A DNA stretch of 64,000 bases from Naegleria gruberi (Eukaryota): the NCBI GenBank assembly GCA_000004985.1, contig GG738893.1; one strand, written 5' to 3'. How positions within the stretch are numbered: the first letter of the stretch is position 1; every line of letters starts with the position of its first letter. This document shows, piece by piece, positions 1 to 9,550 of the stretch. The notes under the pieces were generated by a model. It was not told the DNA's origin and ran no database searches. It was given only the letters and a program-made list of their open reading frames with translations. Position numbers and translations under genes: made by a program.

Positions 1-502
1 CGTACTCCAAATATGATTTAGCAATTGCCATACTGTATAAATATATGAATGATAATGAATCTGTTTTGATAAATTGATTAAGAGTTATTCCGCCATGTGT
101 TGAGAGAATATCATCTGATGTCTGGAGGTGAATTCCATGGAATGTTTGAATAGCAGGGGTGTTTGTGAAACCATTTTGACAAAACTTCAATACTTATGCT
201 ATCACTTTCTTTAATCAATCTTACAGCAGATCCAGAATAGCCATACAAGGTAGAGCAAGAATGGCCTTGGATTCCTGGAAGGTCTTCCCAAGTCCAGTCT
301 TTCTTTGTAAAACCATAGGATGCAATCATATTCTTGTGGTGGCCATAAAATTCTTTACAAGAAAGCTCACATCATCTGATAGTGCCTCAATAACCTCATT
401 GTTGTGCTCCTTTTTAAATCTTGAGTCATCAAAACAGATTGGTGGAGGATAATACTATATTTATTTGAATATTAGCATTTTGTTATTTTACATTTGTTTA
501 AT

Positions 503-1876
503 TTACAGAGTTTTGAGAACTTGTTGCTTGATGTTGTTAAAATCAAGAAGACATTCTTCAAAAGCACAAATAAATTCCATTGATTCTTCTTCATCAATTC
601 TATCTACAAGTCTATCAACTTTTCTTACGACGTACTTTACCTTAGAAATGTCTTCATCACATAACAATTCATTGGCAATTATTCTCAGATCTTGAGCTTC
701 TTGATGAAGGTTAGAAATGAGACCGATTAATCCCAATTCTTCACAATATACCTTTCTGAAATCTTCCAAGGAAACAAGTGGATCTTCAATGGTATAGAAT
801 GGATAGGATCCAACTCTGTGCTTCTTGAATAGTAATTTGAATAAGTTTGATTGGCCAGTTGGAATCAAAACTCCCAAAGTCTTGTTATTAATTTTGTTGT
901 GATACTCCAACCAGAATCTTAAATTAACATTCAGTTTAAGAATTTTAGGGAAGGAAGTGAGGAGATTTTGAACCACTGAAGTATGTACTTGGTCTCTAAT
1001 TGTAATTTCAATGATTTGTTTCAAATTCTCCAATTTTCCAATAACCAGGTTGTAACATTCGCATTCAATTTCTTCAAGATTTGGCCAGTTTTGGATAATA
1101 TAAGAAAAGGCCTCTGTAACATTATAACATGGATACACGATGCACATTTTGGTGACTGAATTGTAATTATTTGAAACATATGTGTTGTGTTTCAAATCTA
1201 AAACTAATCTCATACTATCGAATGAATGAAACAAATGAGAATAGTTCTTCATCCATTTGAGATTCATTATTGAAGAGATTGCAAGCCCTGTTACTTTCTG
1301 AACTGCATCAATGTCATTTTCTCTTCCGGTCAACTGCAGTAATTCTTTAGCAGAAACACTCATTGGAAATTTCTTGATCAAAGAGAATGAATGATGAGGA
1401 ATTACACATTCATGTAAAAATTGAATCAATTCTTTCAATGAAAAGCTTTCCTTCAACCCTTGGAAGAAAACTCCATTCTCTCCTCCTTCAAAAAGTTTAC
1501 AATACTCTTCATCTGGCAATGCAGTTCTTCCACCAAGATGGGAGATCAAATGATCAAGGAGAGTTTTATACTGGCTATCGGTGGAATTGATTATTTGACT
1601 TGAAACTTCTTGCTTTTCATTTGTGACCGATTCTATGATTTGTTCTTCTTCACGTTTCAATTCAGCTTCTTCATTTGTACTGTTCTCTTCCAGTTGTTGT
1701 TGCTTTCCATCTTCCTCGATTAACAATTCAGTAGTTTCTTGTTTGATTTCTTCCCGCTTTGGGGACACTAAACCAGATTGATACAACTTGAATAATAACA
1801 GGAAAAGACGAGGATCTTGAGCAATCTTGTAGAGATGGTCTGTAGCCATTTTTTTATGTTTTGATTGGATTTGCAT
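503..1876 (-). CDS. hypothetical protein with an acidic, coiled-coil-like N-terminal region (alternative ATG at 1849)
   Basis: Uninterrupted 457-aa minus-strand ORF. True ATGs sit at 1874..1876 and 1847..1849. No family recognised from sequence. Confidence 0.5.
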   Translation of the reverse strand: MQIQSKHKKMATDHLYKIAQDPRLFLLLFKLYQSGLVSPKREEIKQETTELLIEEDGKQQQLEENSTNEEAELKREEEQIIESVTNEKQEVSSQIINSTDSQYKTLLDHLISHLGGRTALPDEEYCKLFEGGENGVFFQGLKESFSLKELIQFLHECVIPHHSFSLIKKFPMSVSAKELLQLTGRENDIDAVQKVTGLAISSIMNLKWMKNYSHLFHSFDSMRLVLDLKHNTYVSNNYNSVTKMCIVYPCYNVTEAFSYIIQNWPNLEEIECECYNLVIGKLENLKQIIEITIRDQVHTSVVQNLLTSFPKILKLNVNLRFWLEYHNKINNKTLGVLIPTGQSNLFKLLFKKHRVGSYPFYTIEDPLVSLEDFRKVYCEELGLIGLISNLHQEAQDLRIIANELLCDEDISKVKYVVRKVDRLVDRIDEEESMEFICAFEECLLDFNNIKQQVLKTL

Positions 1877-2369
1877 TGTTTGCTTGTGCAGTTATGAATT
1901 GCTTTTGGTGAACAATGTGATATTCACAAAAGTTTGCTTCACGTTTCAAACTTGTTTTCGTTTTTGCTTTGTACGTGAATTCTGCAGTTATTTATAGAAA
2001 ATCGTATGATTCGTTTACTATAATTCAAGGACAAATTTTGCTCATCCATACTGCATGACAAAACCACAGTAATTTTGAGTGGCATTTTTGCAAGCGACTG
2101 TTGTGTTTATCTTCACTGTTGAATATTCATTCAAGGATTCTAAGGCGAAATCTGCCAACACTAATCTACAGTTCTATCTTTTGAAGAAGTTATTGTCCAA
2201 AAATACCAAAAAGAAACAATTCTTAATATTCAAAGGTCGTCATCAGTTGAAGAACTTTCGTCTAGTTTGTTGGATAGGGAACGAATTCTGTACAAGGTTT
2301 CCAAATAGGTAATCTTGGCATTTTTCTGCGACTCTTCATTAAAAAAATTGTTAACAACTGCCACCTGTC

Positions 2370-3711
2370 ATGTCTGCAATACAAGAGTCAATAGCTACCG
2401 CAAGAAAGGAAGCACAAGACCTTCACGAACAAATTAAAAACACTAGGAAGAAAACCAATGACTGTAGTAGTATGTATTCTAAAGTTTACTTTGGATTTTA
2501 ACAATTCACTAGTTCGGGATATGGATGTGAAAGAAGTTGCTCCATTAAAAATCAGAGAACGTAGAGTACTCAAAGGACACACAGCAAAGATATATAGTTT
2601 GGCATGGGCCAAGGATTCTACGCACTTGTTGAGTGCCAGTCAAGATGGTAAATTACTGGTAAGTAGAGGTTTTATTGATTTTCAGTTTATTGTTGTTGTT
2701 ATTGTTATTATTGTTGCAATATAATTAGATTTGGGATGCAGTGAAGAATTTAAAGGTTCACGCCATTCCATTGCGATCTCATTGGGTTATGTGTTGTGAT
2801 TATAGTCCGTCAGGTAATGCTGTTGCAGCTGGTGGTTTGGATAATATTTGCTCAATTTGTTAGTATTTTTGAATATTTGAACGTTGATCTAATTATTATT
2901 CTATTGCTATTTAATGACTGTTTTATTATTGCTGATAATGAATATTGATGATTGGATATTATGGATAATTTTGGATAATAATTATTATAATACTACTATA
3001 ATTATTGGATTTGTTAAACAAATAGATACAATTTCATCATTAACTCAAGCTCAAAGTATAAATGATATTAAACCACATAGAGAATTATCTGGACATTCTG
3101 GATATTTGAGTAGTTGTAAATTCTTGAATGATAGACACATTTTATCTAGCTCAGGAGATTCTACTTGTATATTGTGGGATACTGAGATGGGACATCCAAT
3201 CAGTCGTTTTGAGGAACATACTGGTGATTGTATGTCCATTTCAATTTCACCAACAGGAGAGAATAATTTATTTATCAGTGGAGCTTGTGACGGAAACTCA
3301 AAGTTGTGGGATATTCGTATGAATAAGTGTGTTGCCACATTCACTGGACATGAAGGTGATATCAATTCAGTTCAATTTTTCCCTAATGGAAATGCCTTTG
3401 CCACTGGTTCTGATGATTGTACTTGTAGATTGTTCGACCTTCGTGCTTCACGTGAGGTTATGACCTATTCAGATGATAATGTCAGAGAAGGTGTCACTAG
3501 TATTAGTTTCAGCAAATCTGGACGTGTTTTATTTGCTGCCTATGAGTACAAGAAAGTTATTGCTTGGGATACTTTGAAAGGTAAGCCACTCCAAGTACTT
3601 GAAGGTCTTCCAAATGGTCACGATAATCGTGTCAGTTGTTTGGCTGTTTCTCCTGATGGCCACTCACTTGCCACAGGTTCATGGGACATGACTCTCAAGA
3701 TTTTTGCTTAA
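2370..3711 (+). CDS. heterotrimeric G-protein beta subunit (WD40), paralog 1; four exons: join(2370..~2466, 2513..2658, 2729..2858, 3026..3711)
   Basis: The translation aligns along its whole length with metazoan and Dictyostelium G-beta. Landmarks are [99 protein letters not shown] and a C-terminal WDMTLKIFA. Introns are GT..AG (the first donor is ambiguous between 2464, 2467 and 2470). The codon TAT (Y) is split by intron 3 exactly as in paralog 2. The start has the A-run context aaaaaaattgttaacaactgccacctgtcATG. Confidence 0.85.
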
Positions 3712-4079
3712 ATTATTTACACACCCCAACAATATTTAATCTTCATTCACACCAACATTAATTTTGTAAATTTCTAGCCCTAAAATATCTAGATATTTTC
3801 ATAACACACGCTCAATAATTGTCAATATAAATTCACTAATTTTCAAAAATGTTCACTAATTTTACTGTAAAGTTTTACAATTATTTCTCCCCTCATCATC
3901 ACCATGTTCATATTATCAATGGCTGTCATGGTTCAATAACAATTCAATTATTTGAAGTGCATCAATAGGTGCGGTTGATGCTGAAAGAAGAATCAGTTAA
4001 ACTGTTTTATTTGGCGCCACATTTGTAATTATCTTCTCTTGCCGCCAAAATAATAATCTGTAAAATAAAATTAAAAAAA

Positions 4080-6335
4080 ATGTCTTTTAATCCAAGAGGA
4101 AGCAACAAGGAGTACTCTTTCATGTCTACTACTGCTCCATCTGTAGATAGAAAGCTTCCATTCCTTCCAGGCTATACATTCGACGACAAATTCATTAAGG
4201 ATAGACATCATAAGGGACAATTATTAGCATACAAAAATAATATTCCTGTTGTACATGATTACGATGTCCCTGTTGAAGTGGATGAACTTCAAACAGAAAC
4301 CGAAAAGCTGGCTGAAATGCTCAAATCCACCACTCAACTTTATAAAACCTCTGTAACCAATAATGATACAACTAAAAAAGAAAATTGGTTGTCTTTGGAA
4401 AAGAAGGTCCTCAGATTCAATGCTTTTTTCAAGGAAGGTGTTCATGAAAGTGCTGTTGAACAAAGTAGGGTTAGAAAATGTGTAATTTTCTACTACCTCG
4501 AAGATGATACAATGCACATCAGTGAACCAAAGCAAGATAACTCTGGTATTCCTCAAGGTACTTTGGTCAAGAGACATCGTATTCCAAGAGATAGAGCTTC
4601 GGGAAGTTCAAATGTTTACTATACAATGGACGATCTTAACATTGGAAGAGAAGTTACAATTTACGGAAAGACATTCAGAATTGTTGATTGCGACTCTTTC
4701 ACAAGAGAATTCTATAATGGTATTGGTGTTGAAGTTCCAGAACCAGAGCTTTACCCTGGCGATCAATATACTGATTTGAGAGATACTATTAAAAAGTCAA
4801 TGAATCCTTACAAGTCCTTAAATCCAATGGACCAAGATCTTAAGAAGTATATGGAATATTCATTCAAGGGTATGCGTACCACACCATCAAAGCAAGAAAA
4901 AGTTGCTGTACAAAAATTCCTTGCATTTGATAGACAAGTATTGCGTTTCTTCTGTTACTGGGATGACTCTGAAAAGTTGTATGGTGATAAGAGATTCTTC
5001 ATTTTGGAATACTACCTTTCAGATGACACCATGATGATTACTGAAGTTTACCCAGCCAACTCTGGTTATGATCCATTCCCAGTCTTTTTGAAGAGACAAA
5101 AGGTTCCAAGAGTTAAAAGCTCTGCTGTTGAACCAACTACATGTTATGATGAAACAGATCTTGCTATTGGAAAGCGTGTTGTTGTTTTCTCAAAGAACTT
5201 TTTGCTCTATGATTGTGATGAATTCACCAGAGACTTCTTTGCCAGAAAGTATGGCATTACCAGCATGACTCCAATTGAGGTGAAGGATGCTCCAAAGCCT
5301 GAAATTCAATATCAAGAACCACCATATAATGGATTTGGTGATGAAGAAGATTCTTTGGGTTCTTGGAAATACTTGGTTATTAAACCACCAAAGAAGGATG
5401 TAAAGAAGTATATTGAAAATGATCACAAGCTCTTTAGATACTCTGCAGTTTTACTTACTGACTGTCCAGAAGACAAGGGAAGAAAATTCATTCTCTCCTA
5501 TTACCTTTCTGATGACACTATTTCAGTATTCGAACCTGTACAAAGAAACAGCGGTATTCTTGGAGGAAAATTCCTTCAAAGATCCAAGATTAAGAATGAC
5601 AATGGTGATTTTATTAAGGCCCATGACACCTTTATTGGATCTGTTTTGAACATCAACAGCTACTTATTCTACTTGCAAGAAACTGATGAATATACTGTAA
5701 ACTATATGGAACAAAATGCTTCACAATTCCCTAAGGCAAACATTGAAACTATTTTGAATAAGATTAGAAAGGAAGTGATAAACCTTCCAGACTATAAGCT
5801 TAGAGATGCATTAGCTGAAACTGAAGGTCCAGGAAAGGTCGGAATGATGTCTTTAAGATCATTCTTTGATAGTTTAGGTATTAACATTGTCGAGCATGAA
5901 ATTATTACAATTTTGAGACATTTCAATGCAAAGGAAGATGGTGCAATTTCATATTCTGAATTCTTGAGTGCAATTACATCAGCTCCAACCATTGAAAAGA
6001 AGCAACAATCAATTCAAAAAACCCAAAAGAAAGTTATTGATGAAGATGTTTTTAAGGTTGCTCTTAAAGTTTTCAAGGAAAAGATTGGCACTAGAAGACT
6101 TCTTGTCCATGACTCTTTCAAGATTATTGCTGACAAGAGTGTTGATGGCTTGATTGGAGAGGTTGAATTCAAGCGAGCAGTTCAAGATGGTCTCAAACTT
6201 TCCTTATCAGATGAACATATCGAATCTTTAATTGATCACTTCTTCCCAGAAACTAAGCGTAGATTAACTTTAATAGAATTTATGAAGATTATTGAAGGTA
6301 CATCTACATACCTTTATGCTAAGCAAAATAAATAA
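4080..6335 (+). CDS. EFHC1/Rib72-like ciliary microtubule-inner protein with three DM10 domains and a C-terminal EF-hand-like region
   Basis: Continuous 751-aa ORF. N-terminal LPFLPGYTFDDK, and three repeats of the DM10 signature: YYLEDDTMHISEPKQDNSGIPQG ... TIYGKTFRIVDCDSFT; LEYYLSDDTMMITEVYPANSGYDPF ... FLLYDCDEFTRDFF; LSYYLSDDTISVFEPVQRNSGILGGKFLQR. All match human EFHC1 closely. An EF-hand-like GAISYSEFLSAI lies near the C-terminus. Confidence 0.8.
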   Translation: MSFNPRGSNKEYSFMSTTAPSVDRKLPFLPGYTFDDKFIKDRHHKGQLLAYKNNIPVVHDYDVPVEVDELQTETEKLAEMLKSTTQLYKTSVTNNDTTKKENWLSLEKKVLRFNAFFKEGVHESAVEQSRVRKCVIFYYLEDDTMHISEPKQDNSGIPQGTLVKRHRIPRDRASGSSNVYYTMDDLNIGREVTIYGKTFRIVDCDSFTREFYNGIGVEVPEPELYPGDQYTDLRDTIKKSMNPYKSLNPMDQDLKKYMEYSFKGMRTTPSKQEKVAVQKFLAFDRQVLRFFCYWDDSEKLYGDKRFFILEYYLSDDTMMITEVYPANSGYDPFPVFLKRQKVPRVKSSAVEPTTCYDETDLAIGKRVVVFSKNFLLYDCDEFTRDFFARKYGITSMTPIEVKDAPKPEIQYQEPPYNGFGDEEDSLGSWKYLVIKPPKKDVKKYIENDHKLFRYSAVLLTDCPEDKGRKFILSYYLSDDTISVFEPVQRNSGILGGKFLQRSKIKNDNGDFIKAHDTFIGSVLNINSYLFYLQETDEYTVNYMEQNASQFPKANIETILNKIRKEVINLPDYKLRDALAETEGPGKVGMMSLRSFFDSLGINIVEHEIITILRHFNAKEDGAISYSEFLSAITSAPTIEKKQQSIQKTQKKVIDEDVFKVALKVFKEKIGTRRLLVHDSFKIIADKSVDGLIGEVEFKRAVQDGLKLSLSDEHIESLIDHFFPETKRRLTLIEFMKIIEGTSTYLYAKQNK

Positions 6336-6450
6336 AATACCTAAATTTCCAAACTAGTGAGTGCACTTTACTGAAATGTCGACCAGTTTGTTTTCTCTTA
6401 ACACAACAAAAAGGCCAGTAATTTGGTTGATCAAACTTTTTGTTATTCTG

Positions 6451-6500
6451 NNNNNNNNNNNNNNNNNNNNNNNNNNNNNNNNNNNNNNNNNNNNNNNNNN
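6451..6500. other. assembly gap (50 N)
   Basis: A run of N characters. Confidence 0.95.
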
Positions 6501-6614
6501 GTTCGACGTTGGTTTTAATACTTTTTTCCTCTATGCTTGTTGATGTGAGTTGGCTTCTTGTAAGTCCATAATCTAGAATGTAAGAGTATAAATCATATTT
6601 TGTAAAGGTATAGT

Positions 6615-7574
6615 TCATATCTTCTTTTTTGATTTCTCAAATAGTAGAGGCGAAATATAAAGTGAGTAGTCTTGAAGTAAAAATCCAATAAAATTAATTC
6701 CATTTCCAACAATCTCAATGCATTGAGGTAATTGATTATCGTTAAATAGTGACTTTTTCTTCTGAGTTTTAGGTTTTAATCCTAACAATAAATGAATATC
6801 CAATTTTGAGAAGTCCTGTTTTGACTTGAGAAATGAGAATGGTGTTTCTGGAACTTTGTTTTGAAATATCCAATCTCCTGCAAGTGTCTGAATAAATATA
6901 ATACCCGAGTCCAATGCTAATAACTTTGAAACTTTCTCCTTAACAGGTGATTTGTTTATAACAATTTCATGCTGTATTCTTTCAATACTATACAAATAAT
7001 TATTAGAAATACAATAGAATAATTTAAATCCAGCAAATACCTGTACAAATTGCTGTACCCTGAATTTTTCACTCTTTTCCTCATCCAAATAATCGACAAA
7101 ATAAATATTATGATTACTATCCATTTCAAAAGCAAACCTTCCATACGATGTAAAGAGAGTCGAAAATCCATTAAATGTGTGGACCTGAACCACATATTCA
7201 TCATCAATAAATCGATCCTCCTGTAGGAAATACGTAATAGGAGGTCGAATTGATGCTGATTCCCACTTTGATCGTTTCGGAGCCATCACTACCTTTGAAA
7301 AAACATCCACCTCTTCATAGATTGAATAGTAACAAGCTGATGGAATTAACTTTTCACTCATTGGGAGTGGTACTTTAATTTCAATACAATTCTCTACTAG
7401 TGGATGAACAAATTTCCTTGTATGTGGTCCAAACTCATCAAAAGGATCGGATCGAAAAGTTTCATCATGACATTGTATACTGGTAATTTTGTAAAATTTA
7501 TTACTTTCATGATTGGCATTGCCACCATCTTGATAAGGATAGGGAAATCTCTTCCCTTGATCATATTCATTCAT
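6615..7574 (-). CDS. hypothetical protein
   Basis: 319-aa ORF with a true ATG at 7572..7574 behind an A-run. No family recognised. Confidence 0.45.
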   Translation of the reverse strand: MNEYDQGKRFPYPYQDGGNANHESNKFYKITSIQCHDETFRSDPFDEFGPHTRKFVHPLVENCIEIKVPLPMSEKLIPSACYYSIYEEVDVFSKVVMAPKRSKWESASIRPPITYFLQEDRFIDDEYVVQVHTFNGFSTLFTSYGRFAFEMDSNHNIYFVDYLDEEKSEKFRVQQFVQVFAGFKLFYCISNNYLYSIERIQHEIVINKSPVKEKVSKLLALDSGIIFIQTLAGDWIFQNKVPETPFSFLKSKQDFSKLDIHLLLGLKPKTQKKKSLFNDNQLPQCIEIVGNGINFIGFLLQDYSLYISPLLFEKSKKKI

Positions 7575-7696
7575 TTTTTTGTATTATTGTAACAATTTAA
7601 TTATATTTAATTAAAATATATAATTAAATAATTAAAAATTACATTTTAGGCTTTTCAATTTCCAAGTTCTATTTTTACAAAAGTAATCAAAAAAAA

Positions 7697-9124
7697 ATGT
7701 CTTTGCATGATGATCATTGGGAGGAAATAATTCCTAACAATAATAACAATACTCATGATGATAAGAATGAAGGTTGGAATTCAATTCCTGACGAATTGTG
7801 GATTGAAATATTTTCGTTTCATTGTGATTCGTTCCGATCAGTGTTGATCGATATTCCATCTATATCTCGGAGGTTTTGCGATTTGATTTCTCCACCCAAG
7901 TTGGATCATTTGATGATGGCTTTTCAAAAGTGTCATGAACAACATCAGGATTTGAAGAATTCTTCTTCCTCTTCGGATGAAAGTAGTAATGGTAATGCTC
8001 CAACAGAGAAAGTTAGTGGTTGGAGAAAGTTTTTCAGTTTTGTAAAGAAGAAATCAAGTAATAATACTGTAAATGATGAGAAGAATGTTGATTTGGTTTC
8101 TCCTCCAATGGAAAATGTAAATTCTAACGAGGATGAAGTTCAGGAAATGATTAAGCAATTAGAAAAAGATTTTAAAGAAATGAGTTTGGAATGTGTAAAT
8201 ACGGGTGGTGATTTATTGTACAAAAGATTATTGGAATTACAAGAACTGATCGATTTTAAAGAGCTTGTTTTGAAACATGGCTCGTTCAGGTCGGCTTTTG
8301 TACAATCTGTCATTGACGGTATAAAATTGAATCCAGAGAAGTGTTTCAGAAGAGAAATGATCTATCACGCTTCACATATTTTTAAAACTGAAGAAGATTA
8401 TCATTCATTTATTAGTAGCCACGAAGGAGAAATAGAGATGCAGAAGCACCAATCAGAAAGTTGTGGAACAACCATATTGATGACCGATGATTACTCTAGC
8501 TCAAGTGCTGGTATCAATTTAATTTCAAATCCAATATTTTATGATACTGGCGTTAAATTTTACGAGTTTAGAGTGCACAAAAGTGGAAGATATGATAATT
8601 ATCTTATTGGTCTGTGCCTCACTGAGGTATTGGAATTGGATAGCATGTTAAAGAAGACATATGAGCAAACTGACAATTTATCTTCTAGATTTTTACTGGA
8701 AGAAGGGAAAACTTACGACCTCAAATATTATGATTATTTTGGTTCCTCTAATTCAATCGGTTGGGCCTATTATAATGAAGGATTGTCTGTTTACTTTAAT
8801 GGGGGATCTAATTATTCGGCACCCTCCTTCAGTTCCAAACTCTCATATCCATGCGACTATAAAGGTTGTGAGTATGTTTTGGGAATTTATTTAGATACTA
8901 AGAATATGAGATTAGTATTTGCAAAGAATGGAGCATTAAGTACTCATGGATATGATTTAAATGCATACTTTACAAAGCATCCAAAATTTATGCAAAAAAA
9001 GCTTGCTCTTTATCCATGTCTTTCTATGGGACACAAATTTGATGCTGTAACATTTGAGACACGAATTCCTCTGGCAACTATGGTCACCATTAGGAATTTG
9101 GTTAAATCAGTGAAATTCAATTAA
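7697..9124 (+). CDS. F-box / SPRY (B30.2) domain protein
   Basis: The N-terminus has an F-box-like IPDELWIEIFSFHCDSFRSVLIDIPSISRRFCDL. The C-terminus has a SPRY-like core (IGWAYYNEGLSVYFNGG ... VLGIYLDTKNMRLVFAKNG). ATG follows an A-run. Confidence 0.6.
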   Translation: MSLHDDHWEEIIPNNNNNTHDDKNEGWNSIPDELWIEIFSFHCDSFRSVLIDIPSISRRFCDLISPPKLDHLMMAFQKCHEQHQDLKNSSSSSDESSNGNAPTEKVSGWRKFFSFVKKKSSNNTVNDEKNVDLVSPPMENVNSNEDEVQEMIKQLEKDFKEMSLECVNTGGDLLYKRLLELQELIDFKELVLKHGSFRSAFVQSVIDGIKLNPEKCFRREMIYHASHIFKTEEDYHSFISSHEGEIEMQKHQSESCGTTILMTDDYSSSSAGINLISNPIFYDTGVKFYEFRVHKSGRYDNYLIGLCLTEVLELDSMLKKTYEQTDNLSSRFLLEEGKTYDLKYYDYFGSSNSIGWAYYNEGLSVYFNGGSNYSAPSFSSKLSYPCDYKGCEYVLGIYLDTKNMRLVFAKNGALSTHGYDLNAYFTKHPKFMQKKLALYPCLSMGHKFDAVTFETRIPLATMVTIRNLVKSVKFN

Positions 9125-9225
9125 GAGTCTTTCCAACCATTTGTAAATTATTTCATTCTAAAGTTAAATAGACATTGAGCCTTTTTGAAACTGTTTTTCT
9201 TCTTAAACGATGCTATCTTCAGTGA

Positions 9226-9457
9226 TGTCAAATACAAGATGTAGTCAAGGATCAAAGTTTGCAACAAACTCTTGATGGATTGGTTGCTGACTTTTCTTAT
9301 CTCCTCAGTGAGGAAGATATCTTTATTGATAATACTATTCACAAAGCTGCTATCAAGGTTGATGAAAGCAGGTGCCGAAGCTAGTGCTGCCACTGCAATT
9401 GAATTTTTAACTTTGAATCAAATTTCATTCCAAATCTATTCAGTTCTCTGTTGGTAA
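9226..9457 (+). pseudogene. serpin C-terminal fragment (s5A-breach and RCL hinge region), frameshifted and truncated
   Basis: Frame 1 (9226..9381) reads QTLDGLVADFSYLLSEEDIFIDNTIHKAAIKVDE then a stop. After a +1 shift, frame 2 (9371..9454) continues GAEASAATAIEF. Joined, these give the canonical serpin motif HKA-x-I-x-V-DE-A-G-A-E-A-S-A-A-T-A (hinge consensus EEGTEAAAATA). The fragment is wedged in the 427-bp spacer between two convergent genes, far too short for a ~380-aa serpin. Confidence 0.45.
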
Positions 9458-9550
9458 GGTGAACAAGTTGTAATTTAAATAAACCACTTTTTGTAAAAAA
9501 TATTATAAAGCCGTTTCTACCAAAATGAATTCTGAATGTTAATAATTTAT

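Noticed and set aside
111-452. Short ORFs at the window start (111..329 minus; 261..452 plus)
   Set aside because: The minus-strand ORF opens right after an in-frame TGA and has no recognisable domain. It could be a terminal exon of a gene extending past the window edge, which cannot be supported from this sequence.
3051-3365. Antisense and overlapping ORFs in the six-frame track (for example 3051..3365, 4224..4577, 5190..5426, 23868..24182, 24722..25030, 56469..57303, 57284..57522)
   Set aside because: Each lies entirely within a strongly supported conserved gene on the opposite strand or in another frame (G-beta, EFHC1, PI4K, EFL1 and others). Their translations have no recognisable motifs and their composition is low-complexity. 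They are shadow ORFs.
6319-6618. ORFs 6319..6618 and 6361..6543 containing strings of X
   Set aside because: They span the 50-N assembly gap (6451..6500). The reading frame across a gap is meaningless.
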